64,000 nt of DNA. It comes from a virus. The stretch is taken from the IMG/VR virus record IMGVR_UViG_3300036945_000368, positions 1 through 64,000 of that record; one strand, 5' to 3'. Positions 1 to 7,713 of this stretch are shown here, in pieces. The stretch's first letter is position 1. Each line of letters begins with the position of its first letter. The notes beneath the pieces were generated by a model, which had not been told where the DNA came from, did no database searches, and saw only the letters and a list, made by a program, of their open reading frames with translations. The position numbers and the translations under genes are program-made.

Positions 1-150
1 CGCCTGTCGCTCTGTTGGTCGCTGTCGCCTGTCGCTCTGTTGGTCGCTGTCGCCTGTCGCTCTGTTGGTCGCTGTCGCCTGTCGCTCTGTTGGTCGCTGT
101 CGCCTGTCGCTCTGTTGGTCGCTGTCGCCTGTCGCTCTGTTGGTCGCTGT
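1..150. repeat. Perfect 25-bp tandem repeat x6 (CGCCTGTCGCTCTGTTGGTCGCTGT), may extend left of the window
   Basis: Six identical units read directly; no spacers. Confidence 0.97.
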
Positions 151-227
151 CGTGGCCGATATTTTTGGTTGGCATGTTTCCTGCTATTGGCAAATCCCGT
201 TCCAACTCAATTTGGTTACATTTATAA

Positions 228-287
228 TTCTGACTATATTTCGGATTCTGATAACATTAATCATTCTGACAATATTTTGCTTTCTGA
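228..287. repeat. TTCTGA motif x4 at exact 18-bp spacing
   Basis: TTCTGA at 228, 246, 264, 282. Confidence 0.8.
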
Positions 288-416
288 TAAATTTATTCCA
301 AAACTTACATTCTAAGCGTTTTCAAACTGCCATAACCCATATGGGTTTTTTGTTTAAAAACTTTCACAAGTTCAGTGGAAAATTAGAAACCAAAACGGCT
401 TTTTGAAATGACTAAA

Positions 417-448
417 ACCCCTAACGGATTTTTAATTCCGAAAGGGGT
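417..448. terminator. Stem-loop, possible end of the leftward early transcript
   Basis: ACCCCT-aa-CGGA...TCCG-aa-AGGGGT inverted repeat. Confidence 0.45.
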
Positions 449-624
449 CGTAGATTTTTAGATTTTAAACTTGATCGTAGCCTTTGCCAAATCCAAGATA
501 GAAATGCCAGAATGCCAGATTGATATGCACACTCAATGCATGTTCACCCTTAGGTACAACCTGCAAACCTAATGCAAAGAAGCTATAGTCGCTGTAGTAA
601 CGAAATTTAGAACCTGAACCCATA

Positions 625-867
625 TTATCTCCTCCCTTTTTCTGTCCAATGTTTGCTACATATTAAGCAACGCATATTGCTATAGAATTCTGGTGATGCA
701 CCATAATCATCGACACGTTTATGTTCTATGTTTACGTGCCTATGCTCACATCGCTCTTGTGCATTGTACTTCGTCTGCTGTAATTCTTCGATTTGAGCGT
801 TAGCGTTACTAATAAGGTAACGAGTAATCAACTCTTCATCTGTATACTGTACCAGATTCTCCCTCAT
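625..867 (-). CDS. Hypothetical protein, possible Zn ribbon
   Basis: 80 aa, CxH...CxxC; overlaps upstream ORF by ATGA. Confidence 0.7.
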   Translation of the reverse strand: MRENLVQYTDEELITRYLISNANAQIEELQQTKYNAQERCEHRHVNIEHKRVDDYGASPEFYSNMRCLICSKHWTEKGRR

Positions 868-1040
868 GATTTACTACTTTCCTTTGGTTGCCACAACCCA
901 CATAGATTTTTGAGAACTCCAATAGGTGTAGGCTTACCCCAATTCTTACTGCACTCTTGCCACATCCACTTAGTACCGTTGGCAGTTACTGCACCGATAC
1001 CTTGTGAATGAAACTTACAGTTTTGACAGTTCTTTTCCAT
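864..1040 (-). CDS. Small Cys-rich hypothetical protein (58 aa, MEKNCQNCKF...)
   Basis: Translated by hand; coupled overlaps on both sides; below ORF-track cutoff. Confidence 0.65.
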   Translation of the reverse strand: MEKNCQNCKFHSQGIGAVTANGTKWMWQECSKNWGKPTPIGVLKNLCGLWQPKESSKS

Positions 1041-1180
1041 TATACAAGCACAGCCATAGCAAAGGCTGCAAAGTTGAATACTAAAGATAAAGCATTCAAC
1101 CAGAATAATGCGCGAATATCTTTAAATTCTGCCATGAAATACACAGCTAAGAAACAGAAAAACAAATTAATCAAATACAT
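1040..1180 (-). CDS. Small membrane protein (46 aa)
   Basis: MYLINLFFCFLAVYF..., two hydrophobic stretches, AAGGGA RBS. Confidence 0.6.
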   Translation of the reverse strand: MYLINLFFCFLAVYFMAEFKDIRALFWLNALSLVFNFAAFAMAVLV

Positions 1181-1189
1181 AATATTCCC

Positions 1190-1612
1190 TTAGTTATTCA
1201 CTTCGAATGGTTTGTCCCATGCACCAATATTGATATGCATGTAGTAAGCACAGTTAAAGTAATCAGATTGAATATCTGACTTATCCCAATGGTCTACTGA
1301 CATGATAGCCTTAACCTTCTCAAGATACTCTAAAGCTAAACCATTGTAATGTGAATCTAACCAATAATGATTAACTTGCACATAACGATTACGTTGCATG
1401 TACTTAACAACTTCTTCGTAATCACGCATAACGTTAGCAGCATTTACTGTATCGATATAGTTCTGAATCAAATCAATCTTACCTGAAATGATACGAACAT
1501 TGAGCGAAGAGCTATTCGTACCAGATACGCTAGTCTTCATGCCGTACTCTTTATTCAAGAGCTTTAAACCATTGCGAACCTTCGTAACTGTATCTTTGTG
1601 AACCCAAGCCAT
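1190..1612 (-). CDS. Hypothetical early protein (LPD29-like C-terminal motif)
   Basis: DKSDIQSDYFNCAYY motif; AAGGAG RBS; own promoter. Confidence 0.7.
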   Translation of the reverse strand: MAWVHKDTVTKVRNGLKLLNKEYGMKTSVSGTNSSSLNVRIISGKIDLIQNYIDTVNAANVMRDYEEVVKYMQRNRYVQVNHYWLDSHYNGLALEYLEKVKAIMSVDHWDKSDIQSDYFNCAYYMHINIGAWDKPFEVNN

Positions 1613-1615
1613 TTA

Positions 1616-1657
1616 GAACTCCTTTTGTTGATGCTGCAAGTATAGCACAGATTTTTG
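1616..1657 (-). promoter_or_regulatory. Early promoter-RBS cassette (extended -10 TGCTATACT)
   Basis: AAAAATCTGTGCTATACTTGCAGCATCAACAAAAGGAG on minus strand. Confidence 0.75.
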
Positions 1658-1658
1658 A

Positions 1659-1838
1659 TTATGATTGAACTGTCTCTACTTCAATGTCAAATTCTGGTCG
1701 GTCATAGATAGACTTGTACTCAGCTTGTCGCTCTGCAATATAAGCCTTAGCTGCTTCCATTGTAGAGAATGTACAGCAAATGTCCCACTGAGTATGACTA
1801 CTATAAATTGATTCAATCGTTACGATAAAAACTTGCAT
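1659..1838 (-). CDS. Hypothetical protein (59 aa, MQVFIVTIES...)
   Basis: Translated by hand; AAGGAG RBS and promoter upstream. Confidence 0.7.
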   Translation of the reverse strand: MQVFIVTIESIYSSHTQWDICCTFSTMEAAKAYIAERQAEYKSIYDRPEFDIEVETVQS

Positions 1839-1841
1839 TTA

Positions 1842-1882
1842 GACTCCTTGTTAAGTTGACGCAAGTATAGCACGGATTTTTA
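1842..1882 (-). promoter_or_regulatory. Early promoter-RBS cassette
   Basis: AAAAATCCGTGCTATACTTGCGTCAACTTAACAAGGAG on minus strand. Confidence 0.75.
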
Positions 1883-2044
1883 GTCCTTATCTTTACCTGA
1901 GTAAATCTTACGGTTATTAAAGTAGTCAACCATTCCACCAACCATTAGCATTAAACCAAAGAATGCCCATCCAGCTGCAGCGCCAACTACACTACCATAA
2001 GCAAACGAAAAGATAATAACACCTGTCCAAAATGTATCGTTCAT
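1880..2044 (-). CDS. Small membrane protein (54 aa)
   Basis: MNDTFWTGVIIFSFAYG..., hydrophobic; translated by hand. Confidence 0.6.
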   Translation of the reverse strand: MNDTFWTGVIIFSFAYGSVVGAAAGWAFFGLMLMVGGMVDYFNNRKIYSGKDKD

Positions 2045-2045
2045 A

Positions 2046-2228
2046 TTAGTCCTTTGAAAGAGGTAATGCTACCAGTACACAATATTCCTTGCGTGGAATG
2101 TTTTGCTCACACTCTACCTTAGCTTTACGTGCATTATCAATCCAATTAGGTTCTAACCAAGATTGAATAATAAGTGCAAATACGGCAGACACTAAGCATA
2201 GAATAAAAATAAGACTGTCATTTTTCAT
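2046..2228 (-). CDS. Hypothetical membrane-anchored protein
   Basis: N-terminal TM helix, two Cys. Confidence 0.7.
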   Translation of the reverse strand: MKNDSLIFILCLVSAVFALIIQSWLEPNWIDNARKAKVECEQNIPRKEYCVLVALPLSKD

Positions 2229-2419
2229 TTAAAATCCTTCCAAAAATCTTCAGCTGTTTGAGAATCGGGTGATTTAAGTAGTTTATTGTACAACTCTTTT
2301 AATTCATAAATTGAATCTTGTAGCATATCTAGTTGAGCTACTGGATGCATTTCTTTAAATGTATCTGTGATTTTCATAGTCGTTTCACCCATTACAGGCT
2401 TCCATGTAAATTTAATCAT
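2225..2419 (-). CDS. Hypothetical protein
   Basis: GGAG RBS, coupled overlaps. Confidence 0.7.
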   Translation of the reverse strand: MIKFTWKPVMGETTMKITDTFKEMHPVAQLDMLQDSIYELKELYNKLLKSPDSQTAEDFWKDFK

Positions 2420-2675
2420 TTAACTCTCCTTTTTGAGCACAACTAACATCTTGTTCTTTAACTAAGAAGATTGTACCACTATTACGTAGCTCTTCTCCAA
2501 TAAAAGTAGGTGAATCGGAAAATACTGTGTGCTGCACTGAACCGCCTAGTTTGACTCTACTTTCTGTTACTACACCAGTAACCCAAGCTTCATCTAAGTA
2601 CTTAGCAACTACCCACTGGTTGACTCGATCAAAATTCGAACCTGCATTAAATTTACACTTAGCTTCAACGATCAT
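2412..2675 (-). CDS. Hypothetical protein (SH3-like)
   Basis: GVVTESRVKLGGSVQHTV; TGATATACT promoter upstream. Confidence 0.65.
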   Translation of the reverse strand: MIVEAKCKFNAGSNFDRVNQWVVAKYLDEAWVTGVVTESRVKLGGSVQHTVFSDSPTFIGEELRNSGTIFLVKEQDVSCAQKGELND

Positions 2676-2727
2676 AGGTGCCTTTCAGTTGTTTATAGAG
2701 AGTATATCACAGTTAACTATGACCCTA

Positions 2728-3063
2728 TCAGTCTCTGTAATTCTTTTCTTTCAGTTTGGCTTCGATGGCTCTAGTGATGCTTTCTCCAGTTCTTTTTTGA
2801 TCAGACCAAATATCGTTCATTTCCTCATCCGTCAGCCCAACCCATGTGCGTTGTTGTTGCAGTTGAATCGCCAAAGTTTTGTAATCGGGCTCACCCTGCT
2901 CTTGCTTGGCTAGTGCTTCTTTGATGGTGGTGACGGTTTCTCTTGAGGTGGTAATTGCCATACCCCGCCACAACGAATTTTTTTCTGGAAACGGTCCATA
3001 AGACCCGTGCCAGTCTGCTATTTTTTCCAACGCATCAAGCGCCAGCTTCAATACTTCTTTCAT
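2728..3063 (-). CDS. Modular hypothetical protein (ALKLAL / QEQGEP / RTWVGLTDEE family)
   Basis: Paralog of 3787-4176 with identical DNA blocks. Confidence 0.8.
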   Translation of the reverse strand: MKEVLKLALDALEKIADWHGSYGPFPEKNSLWRGMAITTSRETVTTIKEALAKQEQGEPDYKTLAIQLQQQRTWVGLTDEEMNDIWSDQKRTGESITRAIEAKLKEKNYRD

Positions 3064-3527
3064 GGCTGTCCTCCGTTATCTGCCTTGACTGCAAGGTTGT
3101 ACAAGTCTTCGTCTGAATTATCTTTTCCAAGATAACTTTGGATAATTTGCTGTGACGCTTCAAACGCTTCTTCTGCACGTCGAATACGGTCTTGTCGGTC
3201 ACAGTACGCTTCAAGCGCTCTTGTGTACGCTACTTGGCTTATGTAGTCTGATTCGATTGGTCGTTTCATTTGCGAGCCTCTTGCTCGGATTGCTCTAATG
3301 CAGTCGTTAGGGTCAGGGTAATTAACATCCTCATCGCTTTCGCAAACCCATTTGGTGTAAACCTCATGGCACACCTTTGCACAGGCTTCACGTTCGGCTG
3401 CTGCTACCAGTTTGGCAAAAACTTTAAGCTCAAACTCGCATGACGTTGGCGCATAGATTGCATTGGTCACAGAACCAATTTCAAAACCAGCCTGTCTAGC
3501 CATCTCAATGATTTCATCTTGTGTCAT
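3060..3527 (-). CDS. Modular hypothetical protein (EREACAKVC family), apparently chimeric
   Basis: Shares EREACAKVC...AIR.RG with 3524-3790. Confidence 0.75.
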   Translation of the reverse strand: MTQDEIIEMARQAGFEIGSVTNAIYAPTSCEFELKVFAKLVAAAEREACAKVCHEVYTKWVCESDEDVNYPDPNDCIRAIRARGSQMKRPIESDYISQVAYTRALEAYCDRQDRIRRAEEAFEASQQIIQSYLGKDNSDEDLYNLAVKADNGGQP

Positions 3528-3790
3528 GCTTCACCTCGGTTTCTGATTGCTTTGGCGCATTGTTCTGCTTCGTCACAACTGTCGTCATCAAGGTCAAAAA
3601 GCCCTTCACACACCTTTGCACACGCCTCACGCTCTAGCTTCACAGCCTGCGTAAAACCAGCCACACCCTTTTCATAGCCAGCTTGGAACGCTTCAGCTGC
3701 TCCAAGCTCGTAAGCGTTCTCCATCGCTGTGATCGTGTTCTCGTTGACTCCTACGCTGCGTAAGAGGGTTGTCATCTCTTGTTTAGTCAT
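3524..3790 (-). CDS. Modular hypothetical protein (EREACAKVC family)
   Basis: ATGA overlaps; motif shared with neighbour. Confidence 0.75.
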   Translation of the reverse strand: MTKQEMTTLLRSVGVNENTITAMENAYELGAAEAFQAGYEKGVAGFTQAVKLEREACAKVCEGLFDLDDDSCDEAEQCAKAIRNRGEA

Positions 3791-4176
3791 GTGTTCTTCT
3801 CCTTGAGTTTGGCTTCAGTGGCTCTGGAAAATTGCTGTATTGGCCCGCCATTTCTTAGGTGTGTGGTGTACATCGCGCCATATTCCTCATCCGTCAGCCC
3901 AACCCATGTGCGTTGTTGTTGTGTGATGTAGAGCTTTTTGTTTTCCAAAAGTTGGGCCATTTGCAATTGCTCTGTGCTTCCGTTCCATAAGCAATTCATC
4001 GTGTCGGCAACTTCTTGGTAAGTGACGCTTGCAGGCTCACCCTGCTCTTGCTGTTCCAAGGTTTCTTTGATAGCGGTGATGGCTTTTCTTGCCTCATCAA
4101 ACTCAGGCTTTCCATTGTCCCAATACATCAGGTCATCCAACGCCTCCAGCGCCAGCTTCAATGCTTCTTTAGTCAT
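3787..4176 (-). CDS. Modular hypothetical protein (ALKLAL / RTWVGLTDEE family)
   Basis: Likely start MTKEALKLAL after AAGGTG. Confidence 0.78.
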   Translation of the reverse strand: MTKEALKLALEALDDLMYWDNGKPEFDEARKAITAIKETLEQQEQGEPASVTYQEVADTMNCLWNGSTEQLQMAQLLENKKLYITQQQRTWVGLTDEEYGAMYTTHLRNGGPIQQFSRATEAKLKEKNT

Positions 4177-5044
4177 ACGAACACCTTTCAATTAGTTGCA
4201 TTCCGTAGTTGTTGATTGTATCAGCAATCTCTAGACCATTGCGCTTAATTAGAAGATTATTTTTAAAGGGTCTATAGTCCACAGAATGATGCCAACGGTT
4301 AAACTTCCACACTAGCTTAGTTACATCAGGGTGCAAATCTACAAGCATTTGTGATTTGTTTTTAGTACCTTCATGGCGGTAGAATTCTTCGGTGTTGCCA
4401 CCCTTCATACGCTGTGTAGTTACCTTACCCTGCAAGAATGCATTGAACTGAATTGTACACCAACCATCCTTCAACATACGTAAGGATAAGTCAGTATCTT
4501 CATTGTATCTACCACGCCACTGATACTGTGCATTATTGTCGATAAGCAAACAAGAATAGATTCGTGTGTTTGTAATAAAAGGTGCTACTCTATCTGTTGC
4601 CTTTGCAAACGAATAATAATTAAAACCAGCTAACGGTACATTGGTATAGCGGTCAACAAAATCCTCGGCTGCGGCGAAGCAAGCACCAGTTTCTACTACT
4701 ACTTTCATGTTATGGTTTAGGCGATGGAATGCGTCTAGGTTATCGTCCATTACCCAATGCCGTTTGAAACCTCGGTGTTTTGCATGCCACCAGCAGAAGT
4801 TCCGCGCTGCACCGGGTCCCTTACTCAGCGTATTGCCTAAGCTATCACACGTATCATACTCGTCCAGCCAACTCTGAGGTAATACGAGGATTTTTGAAGG
4901 GTCAATCACCTTGGAGTACTCTAGGTATTCCTGCTCTTCAATAACGATGCTGTAGGGCACTCTCATGCGTTCTAGAGCCTTGCTAGTCAGTCGAGTATGT
5001 GCCCTACCCTTAGATACAATATAAATAGGATATTTAGGATTCAC
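4169..5044 (-). CDS. GREB1-like / TET-associated glycosyltransferase (GT-A fold)
   Basis: YPIYIVSKGR N-terminus, WVMDDN (DxD-like), YSCLLI, RGRYNEDTDL, MKGGNT motifs. Confidence 0.78.
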   Translation of the reverse strand: MNPKYPIYIVSKGRAHTRLTSKALERMRVPYSIVIEEQEYLEYSKVIDPSKILVLPQSWLDEYDTCDSLGNTLSKGPGAARNFCWWHAKHRGFKRHWVMDDNLDAFHRLNHNMKVVVETGACFAAAEDFVDRYTNVPLAGFNYYSFAKATDRVAPFITNTRIYSCLLIDNNAQYQWRGRYNEDTDLSLRMLKDGWCTIQFNAFLQGKVTTQRMKGGNTEEFYRHEGTKNKSQMLVDLHPDVTKLVWKFNRWHHSVDYRPFKNNLLIKRNGLEIADTINNYGMQLIERCSYD

Positions 5045-5279
5045 TTACGTGTCCCTCCGTGTCATCTACATACCTCTTATTTGCGTTGATACCTCGCTCT
5101 AAGAACGGATGCCAGATACTCTTAGTCTTAGCTGTAAGCTTTTGATTCACTAGGTTAGCAAACTCATCTAGGTCTTCTTGGTTACGAAAGCGAATGATAA
5201 TCTTAGCATAGGGTTCTTGCTTGTCTTGTACAAACTCAGGCATGCCTTTCCATTCGGTTTCTGCTAGTTCATGACTCAT
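5034..5279 (-). CDS. Small protein coupled to the TAGT gene (WKGMPEF...IRF...KSIWHP)
   Basis: Overlaps the TAGT start; motif typical of TAGT-adjacent phage ORFs (recalled). Confidence 0.75.
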   Translation of the reverse strand: MSHELAETEWKGMPEFVQDKQEPYAKIIIRFRNQEDLDEFANLVNQKLTAKTKSIWHPFLERGINANKRYVDDTEGHVSES

Positions 5280-5631
5280 ATACAGCTCCTTGTTCTTCAG
5301 CCATTAAAGCCGCCCATTTTAACCAAAAATAACGATCTTGTTGAGACTGAATATTAATATAGTCGCCCTTAATCTTAGACGATGGGAATAAGTTTGTAGA
5401 ACCTACATCACAACCCATTGCCTCTAAGCCTTCGTTAATAAATCCAAGAGACTCTTCATAAACAAACCAAGATTCTTCTACATCGATTAATTCTTCTAGT
5501 GCATTACTAATAGCACAGCAAGAATACTTTTCACCATTATATCCAAAATTATTGAACCAGTAATGAATATCATCAACAGCTAGGCATTTATCAGCTGCAA
5601 GATGCAATACTTCAGCAATATTAATTTTCAT
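5269..5631 (-). CDS. Hypothetical protein
   Basis: Likely start MKINIAEVLH after AAGGA; YSCCAI motif. Confidence 0.7.
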   Translation of the reverse strand: MKINIAEVLHLAADKCLAVDDIHYWFNNFGYNGEKYSCCAISNALEELIDVEESWFVYEESLGFINEGLEAMGCDVGSTNLFPSSKIKGDYINIQSQQDRYFWLKWAALMAEEQGAVYES

Positions 5632-5632
5632 A

Positions 5633-5923
5633 TTACATTCCTTTGTAGTTACGGACTTGAGAGGGAAAGCGTTGATAGCTTCGAATAGGGCTAACATCAC
5701 CAACGTTATTATAAACATAATCTGGCTTTTTACCATACTTTGCTTCGTAAGCTTTTGAGAATAAGTACATGTCGTAATCCTCTTCAAGATACGTAGTTTG
5801 ACCCTTAACGTAGCTATACAAGGTGATATCGTTGTAGATATCAAGATCGTACAATTCTGCAGTCTTAACTGCCAGCCAACCGTGACCAGCATCTGCGTAG
5901 AACTTGTAAGTTTTGTTTTGCAT
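5633..5923 (-). CDS. Hypothetical early protein (D.GHGWL...YLEED family)
   Basis: Start MQNKTY after AAGGA; TATACT promoter upstream. Confidence 0.72.
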   Translation of the reverse strand: MQNKTYKFYADAGHGWLAVKTAELYDLDIYNDITLYSYVKGQTTYLEEDYDMYLFSKAYEAKYGKKPDYVYNNVGDVSPIRSYQRFPSQVRNYKGM

Positions 5924-5980
5924 GTTTGAAATCCTTTGAGTAGTTAATGTCTGGAGTGAAGTATACAGCAAATTTTGGAC

Positions 5981-6008
5981 AAAAAAATACCCTAGGAAAA
6001 CCTAGGGA
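5981..6008 (-). terminator. Rho-independent terminator after HNH gene
   Basis: CCCTAGG-ttttt-CCTAGGG followed by T-run on minus strand. Confidence 0.8.
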
Positions 6009-6013
6009 TATTC

Positions 6014-6535
6014 TTAAATCAGTTTGTTGGACTTACTTATGTTTTCTTTTGCTGTAAGTATCTGAAGATTCCAAGGCACATGTAATCCGCATACTTTGTC
6101 ACTCTGCAGAGGAGAGATGTGGTCTACTTGATACTCTTGCCCAGTATATAGCTTAAAAGCTGCTGCGATTATATAAAAGTCTTCTATTTCTTGTAGCTGC
6201 TCTTTAGTTAACCATTTAGGTGTCGCATTTAACTTAGCTGCTCTGCGTTTAGAGGAAATAGCACAAATTTTAGCTTTATTCCTTTGCTGATAGTCTTTTT
6301 GATAGATAGCTAATCGGGATTTATTCTTTTTATTATAGTCTCTGCATCTAGCGTTTTCTTTTTCTTTATTAGTTTCTCTGTATATTTTACTTTTAACTAC
6401 TAACTTTTCTTTATTTTGAATCCTATACAAGTTTTTACAATTTTTACACTGACTTACATAACCAGAAGGTCTGTTTATTCTTTTAGTAAAGCATATAAAA
6501 TCTTTTTCTTGTTTACACTTAGTACATATTTTCAT
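6014..6535 (-). CDS. HNH endonuclease with N-terminal Zn finger
   Basis: CTKCK...CKNC; VDHISPL...CGLHVPWNLQILTAKEN; likely start MKICTK. Confidence 0.88.
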   Translation of the reverse strand: MKICTKCKQEKDFICFTKRINRPSGYVSQCKNCKNLYRIQNKEKLVVKSKIYRETNKEKENARCRDYNKKNKSRLAIYQKDYQQRNKAKICAISSKRRAAKLNATPKWLTKEQLQEIEDFYIIAAAFKLYTGQEYQVDHISPLQSDKVCGLHVPWNLQILTAKENISKSNKLI

Positions 6536-6538
6536 AAC

Positions 6539-6626
6539 TTTTCCGTTAACCCGTATAATTAAACGTAGAAGGCTCACACGGAAAATGAGCTTTTTCGAAT
6601 AAGGTAATTATGCTTACTCTATCTAC
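6539..6626 (-). ncRNA. Structured 5' leader (three-way junction plus pseudoknot to the RBS region)
   Basis: GTAGA/TCTAC, GAGTAAG/CTTATTC, GCTCA/TGAGC stems; loop TTTTCCGT complementary to ACGGAAAA before ATG. Confidence 0.65.
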
Positions 6627-6632
6627 AATTTA

Positions 6633-6661
6633 ATTATACTATTAGGTTAACGGTAAGTCAA
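6633..6661 (-). promoter_or_regulatory. Sigma70-type promoter of the HNH gene
   Basis: TTGACT-17-TATAAT. Confidence 0.85.
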
Positions 6662-6689
6662 TACCTATAATAGTCAGTTTACCTTACTA

Positions 6690-6914
6690 TCAAGGTTCCA
6701 TTGGTTCCTTCTTTACGCGAGTACCACAATCGTCACAATACGACCACAACCAGTGCGGTTGCGTGTATAGAGGACCACCGCAAGAATTGCAAGTCCAATC
6801 TTCGTCTTCATCTATCTCTGGTTTACAAATGATAGCTTCTAGATTCTTTGTGTAATTATCCTGAGAAATACTAAATGGGCGTGGTTTACCACCCTTACCT
6901 GCATCATGTGCCAT
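6690..6914 (-). CDS. Hypothetical protein with C-terminal Zn ribbon
   Basis: GKGGKPRPFS N-terminus; CNSC...CDDC. Confidence 0.72.
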   Translation of the reverse strand: MAHDAGKGGKPRPFSISQDNYTKNLEAIICKPEIDEDEDWTCNSCGGPLYTQPHWLWSYCDDCGTRVKKEPMEP

Positions 6915-7264
6915 TACATACCTTTCGATTTAAAATGCAAGATCATATCATCTAGCCAAAGCTGTCGAGTTAATTGTAACTTAATCCAAGTTTGATTGTA
7001 GTCTTTTTGGAGTTCTTCATATGAAACTTTACCTTCTGCAACCAACCAACTTTTTAGACAAAATTTACCATCTAAAAGGGTATTGATGTGACTTGAAATA
7101 GTATTTTTTGTTTCATCGTTAATCTCTCCTTGCTGCCACAAGTCCTTGATATTATCACAGATATATGGGGAGTTACCAGATGCATCTGTTTTATAATTAT
7201 CAGGTAGGCGTTTTTTAACACGTTTCAAAGCTTGACTTGGTTTAAGACTTGGTTTAGCTTTCAT
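6914..7264 (-). CDS. Hypothetical protein
   Basis: Likely start MKAKPSL after GGAG. Confidence 0.68.
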   Translation of the reverse strand: MKAKPSLKPSQALKRVKKRLPDNYKTDASGNSPYICDNIKDLWQQGEINDETKNTISSHINTLLDGKFCLKSWLVAEGKVSYEELQKDYNQTWIKLQLTRQLWLDDMILHFKSKGM

Positions 7265-7265
7265 T

Positions 7266-7709
7266 TTATTCTCCAAAGTTAATACGTTTATAGACAGCAA
7301 CAACACGCTTACGAGCATTGTTATTGAAAGTATCGATAACCTTACCGTTAACGACTGCAACAGCATGACCTGTTACGTTGACAATATATTCGCCACAAGA
7401 AGGTAGTTGTTCTAACAATCGACCAAATGTAATGCCTTCAGCCCAAGGTGTATCATCTACTGTGCGAATAGCAAACCTTGCGCGTTTACCATCGCCGCAT
7501 ACTTTAGTCAAACGGAAACCACACTCTTCATACGCTGCATGCAAAGTTTTGAATGTAGCCCCACGACGGTCTTTACGACCATGCTTTTTCAGTACACGGT
7601 GAGCTGTATCATATGCAATATCAGCTGCATTGGCTAAAGCACGTACTGTGCAGTCGTTAGTTTCAGCAGAGGATGTAACGCCACGGTCAACGGAAAGAAC
7701 TGTCTTCAT
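7266..7709 (-). CDS. Hypothetical protein, possible papain-like Cys-His-Asp fold
   Basis: NDCTVRALA...GHAVAVVNGKVID. Confidence 0.65.
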   Translation of the reverse strand: MKTVLSVDRGVTSSAETNDCTVRALANAADIAYDTAHRVLKKHGRKDRRGATFKTLHAAYEECGFRLTKVCGDGKRARFAIRTVDDTPWAEGITFGRLLEQLPSCGEYIVNVTGHAVAVVNGKVIDTFNNNARKRVVAVYKRINFGE

Positions 7710-7713
7710 ATCA

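Noticed and set aside
1-150. CRISPR array
   Set aside because: Repeats are contiguous with no spacers, and no cas genes are seen
15-406. Three plus-strand ORFs in the ORF track
   Set aside because: They arise from the stop-free 25-bp repeat in all three frames; TTG starts, no RBS
2728-4176. Diversity-generating retroelement TR/VR pair
   Set aside because: No reverse transcriptase; shared blocks are identical rather than differing at adenines
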